Assembly (NCBI GenBank): GCA_041917655.1
Contig: JAYRXC010000023.1
Coordinates: 89,809-153,808, forward strand
DNA from: Ignavibacteria bacterium
Lineage (GTDB): Bacteria; Bacteroidota; Ignavibacteria; Tepidaquicellales; OLB5
Direction: 5' to 3'
Length of the DNA: 64,000 nt
Below, piece after piece: positions 63,189 through 64,000 of this stretch. The notes under the pieces are model-generated. The model did not search any database. It had not been told where the DNA came from and saw nothing but the letters and a program-made list of their open reading frames with translations. The translations under genes were made by a program, and so were the position numbers. How positions within the stretch are numbered: position 1 is the first letter of the stretch; each line of letters starts with the position of its first letter.

Positions 63189-63791
63189 TTAATCGTTTAG
63201 CCTGATAGTTTTGACCTTCACCGGATTGCCGGTAAAATCACCGGGTTCGCCGTCTTCACCGATTGTTTCGCCTATCTCGCGGGTATAGACTTCCAGGTCA
63301 TAGGCCTGCTGAATAACCCATATATCCATTCCAGCGCCTGCCCACCATCCGCGGCAAGCAATAATCGCGTCCTGCGGAACTTCATAATCCTTGTATGACT
63401 CCTTGTTCGTTTCGCTGAAACCAAAATATTCCTTTATGACTGAATAGCTTTTACCGTTCACAAGCAGGTTTACCTGTGTTATCGGAGTATCATATTGGCC
63501 TGTTCCAAGTGTTTTGAAATCCCATTTCAATTCAGGTTTACCGGGGCGTGTGTTCTTTCCTTCTGTTGAATCGCCCGCAGCTGAATTTTTATTTGCTGAC
63601 TTCTCCTTGCTGCTGTTATCTTTTGAGCTGTTATCAACGGACTTGTTCTCTGTTACCTGTTCATTTTTGCTTTTATCGTCATTTGAAGCGGTCTCATTTT
63701 TTGGAGAGAACAGCCCGCATGCAAAAGTAAATGATGCAGCAAGCATCAATACTGAAACTCTAAAAATCATATTCAATTTTCTGTTCCTCAT
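63189..63791 (-). CDS. Putative lipoprotein with a low-complexity Ser/Lys/Asn linker
   Basis: Signal peptide with Cys (SFTFAC), then the linker NDDKSKNEQVTENKSVDNSSKDNSSKEKSANKNS, then a globular C-terminal domain. Confidence 0.55.
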   Translation of the reverse strand: MRNRKLNMIFRVSVLMLAASFTFACGLFSPKNETASNDDKSKNEQVTENKSVDNSSKDNSSKEKSANKNSAAGDSTEGKNTRPGKPELKWDFKTLGTGQYDTPITQVNLLVNGKSYSVIKEYFGFSETNKESYKDYEVPQDAIIACRGWWAGAGMDIWVIQQAYDLEVYTREIGETIGEDGEPGDFTGNPVKVKTIRLND

Positions 63792-63806
63792 TTTATATTT
63801 TTACCC

Positions 63807-64000
63807 TTAAATACATTTTCCGATCAAAAATATCACAGGTACCTTGCCCAGTGTTAAGTTCTTTTGCTTTAGCTCACTTACAGAAGCGCTGGTTACCTTC
63901 TCGCCATCCATTGTAAGCTCTCGGGCAATACATATCATTGTTTCGGGATTAAGCGAAGCCAGCATTTCTTCCAGCAGCTTATCGTTCCTGTGCGGTGCCT
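63807..64000 (-). CDS. C-terminal fragment of an RsmI-like (tetrapyrrole-methylase fold) SAM-dependent methyltransferase; upstream part lies beyond the window
   Basis: Minus-strand frame reads APHRNDKLLEEMLASLNPETMICIARELTMDGEKV..LGKVPVIFLIGKCI*. Absent from the ORF track because there is no start codon inside the window. Confidence 0.5.
   Translation of the reverse strand, partial: APHRNDKLLEEMLASLNPETMICIARELTMDGEKVTSASVSELKQKNLTLGKVPVIFLIGKCI

Overview
This is a 64-kb chromosomal window from an AT-rich FCB-group bacterium, most likely Ignavibacteriota or Bacteroidota-like. That placement is inferred from three things: eight proteins end in the TIGR04183-type T9SS sorting tail (..NYPNPFNP..GVYFYR..KKMILIK), several promoters carry the Bacteroidetes-type TAnnTTTG -7 box, and many genes still have strong AAGGAGA Shine-Dalgarno sites. 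The housekeeping backbone includes an OdhA/Kgd-like fused 2-oxoglutarate dehydrogenase, a transketolase-like enzyme, rpiB, clpS-aat, mtaB-sixA, HU, apaG, an ABC exporter, GH97, an M50 protease and tRNA-Leu(GAG). It also includes a PAS/GAF histidine-kinase pair and an ECF sigma module.

The standout is a cassette that recurs four times. An orphan helical protein of about 480-490 aa with no signal peptide (P1 7348-8796, P2 28889-30340, P3 32978-34414, distant P4 47152-48627) sits head-to-head with an operon of beta-propeller-type T9SS cargo proteins. The P2 and P3 cassettes also share intergenic architecture: GTGATT direct repeats at matching distances, a TAnnTTTG box, and a long structured leader ending in AATAATAAGGAGA.

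Other points worth a second look:
- a 740-bp gene-free region (50636-51373) with two multi-stem RNA-like domains, the second ending in a U9 tract upstream of a gene with no promoter of its own;
- two tandem paralogous 35-aa single-TM peptides that are missing from the ORF track;
- small GC-rich hairpin cassettes, some flanked by short direct repeats or sharing terminal inverted repeats between distant loci.

No CRISPR array, transposase, integrase, prophage or recognisable defence genes were seen. Every call is by eye from sequence and translation. No database search was run.
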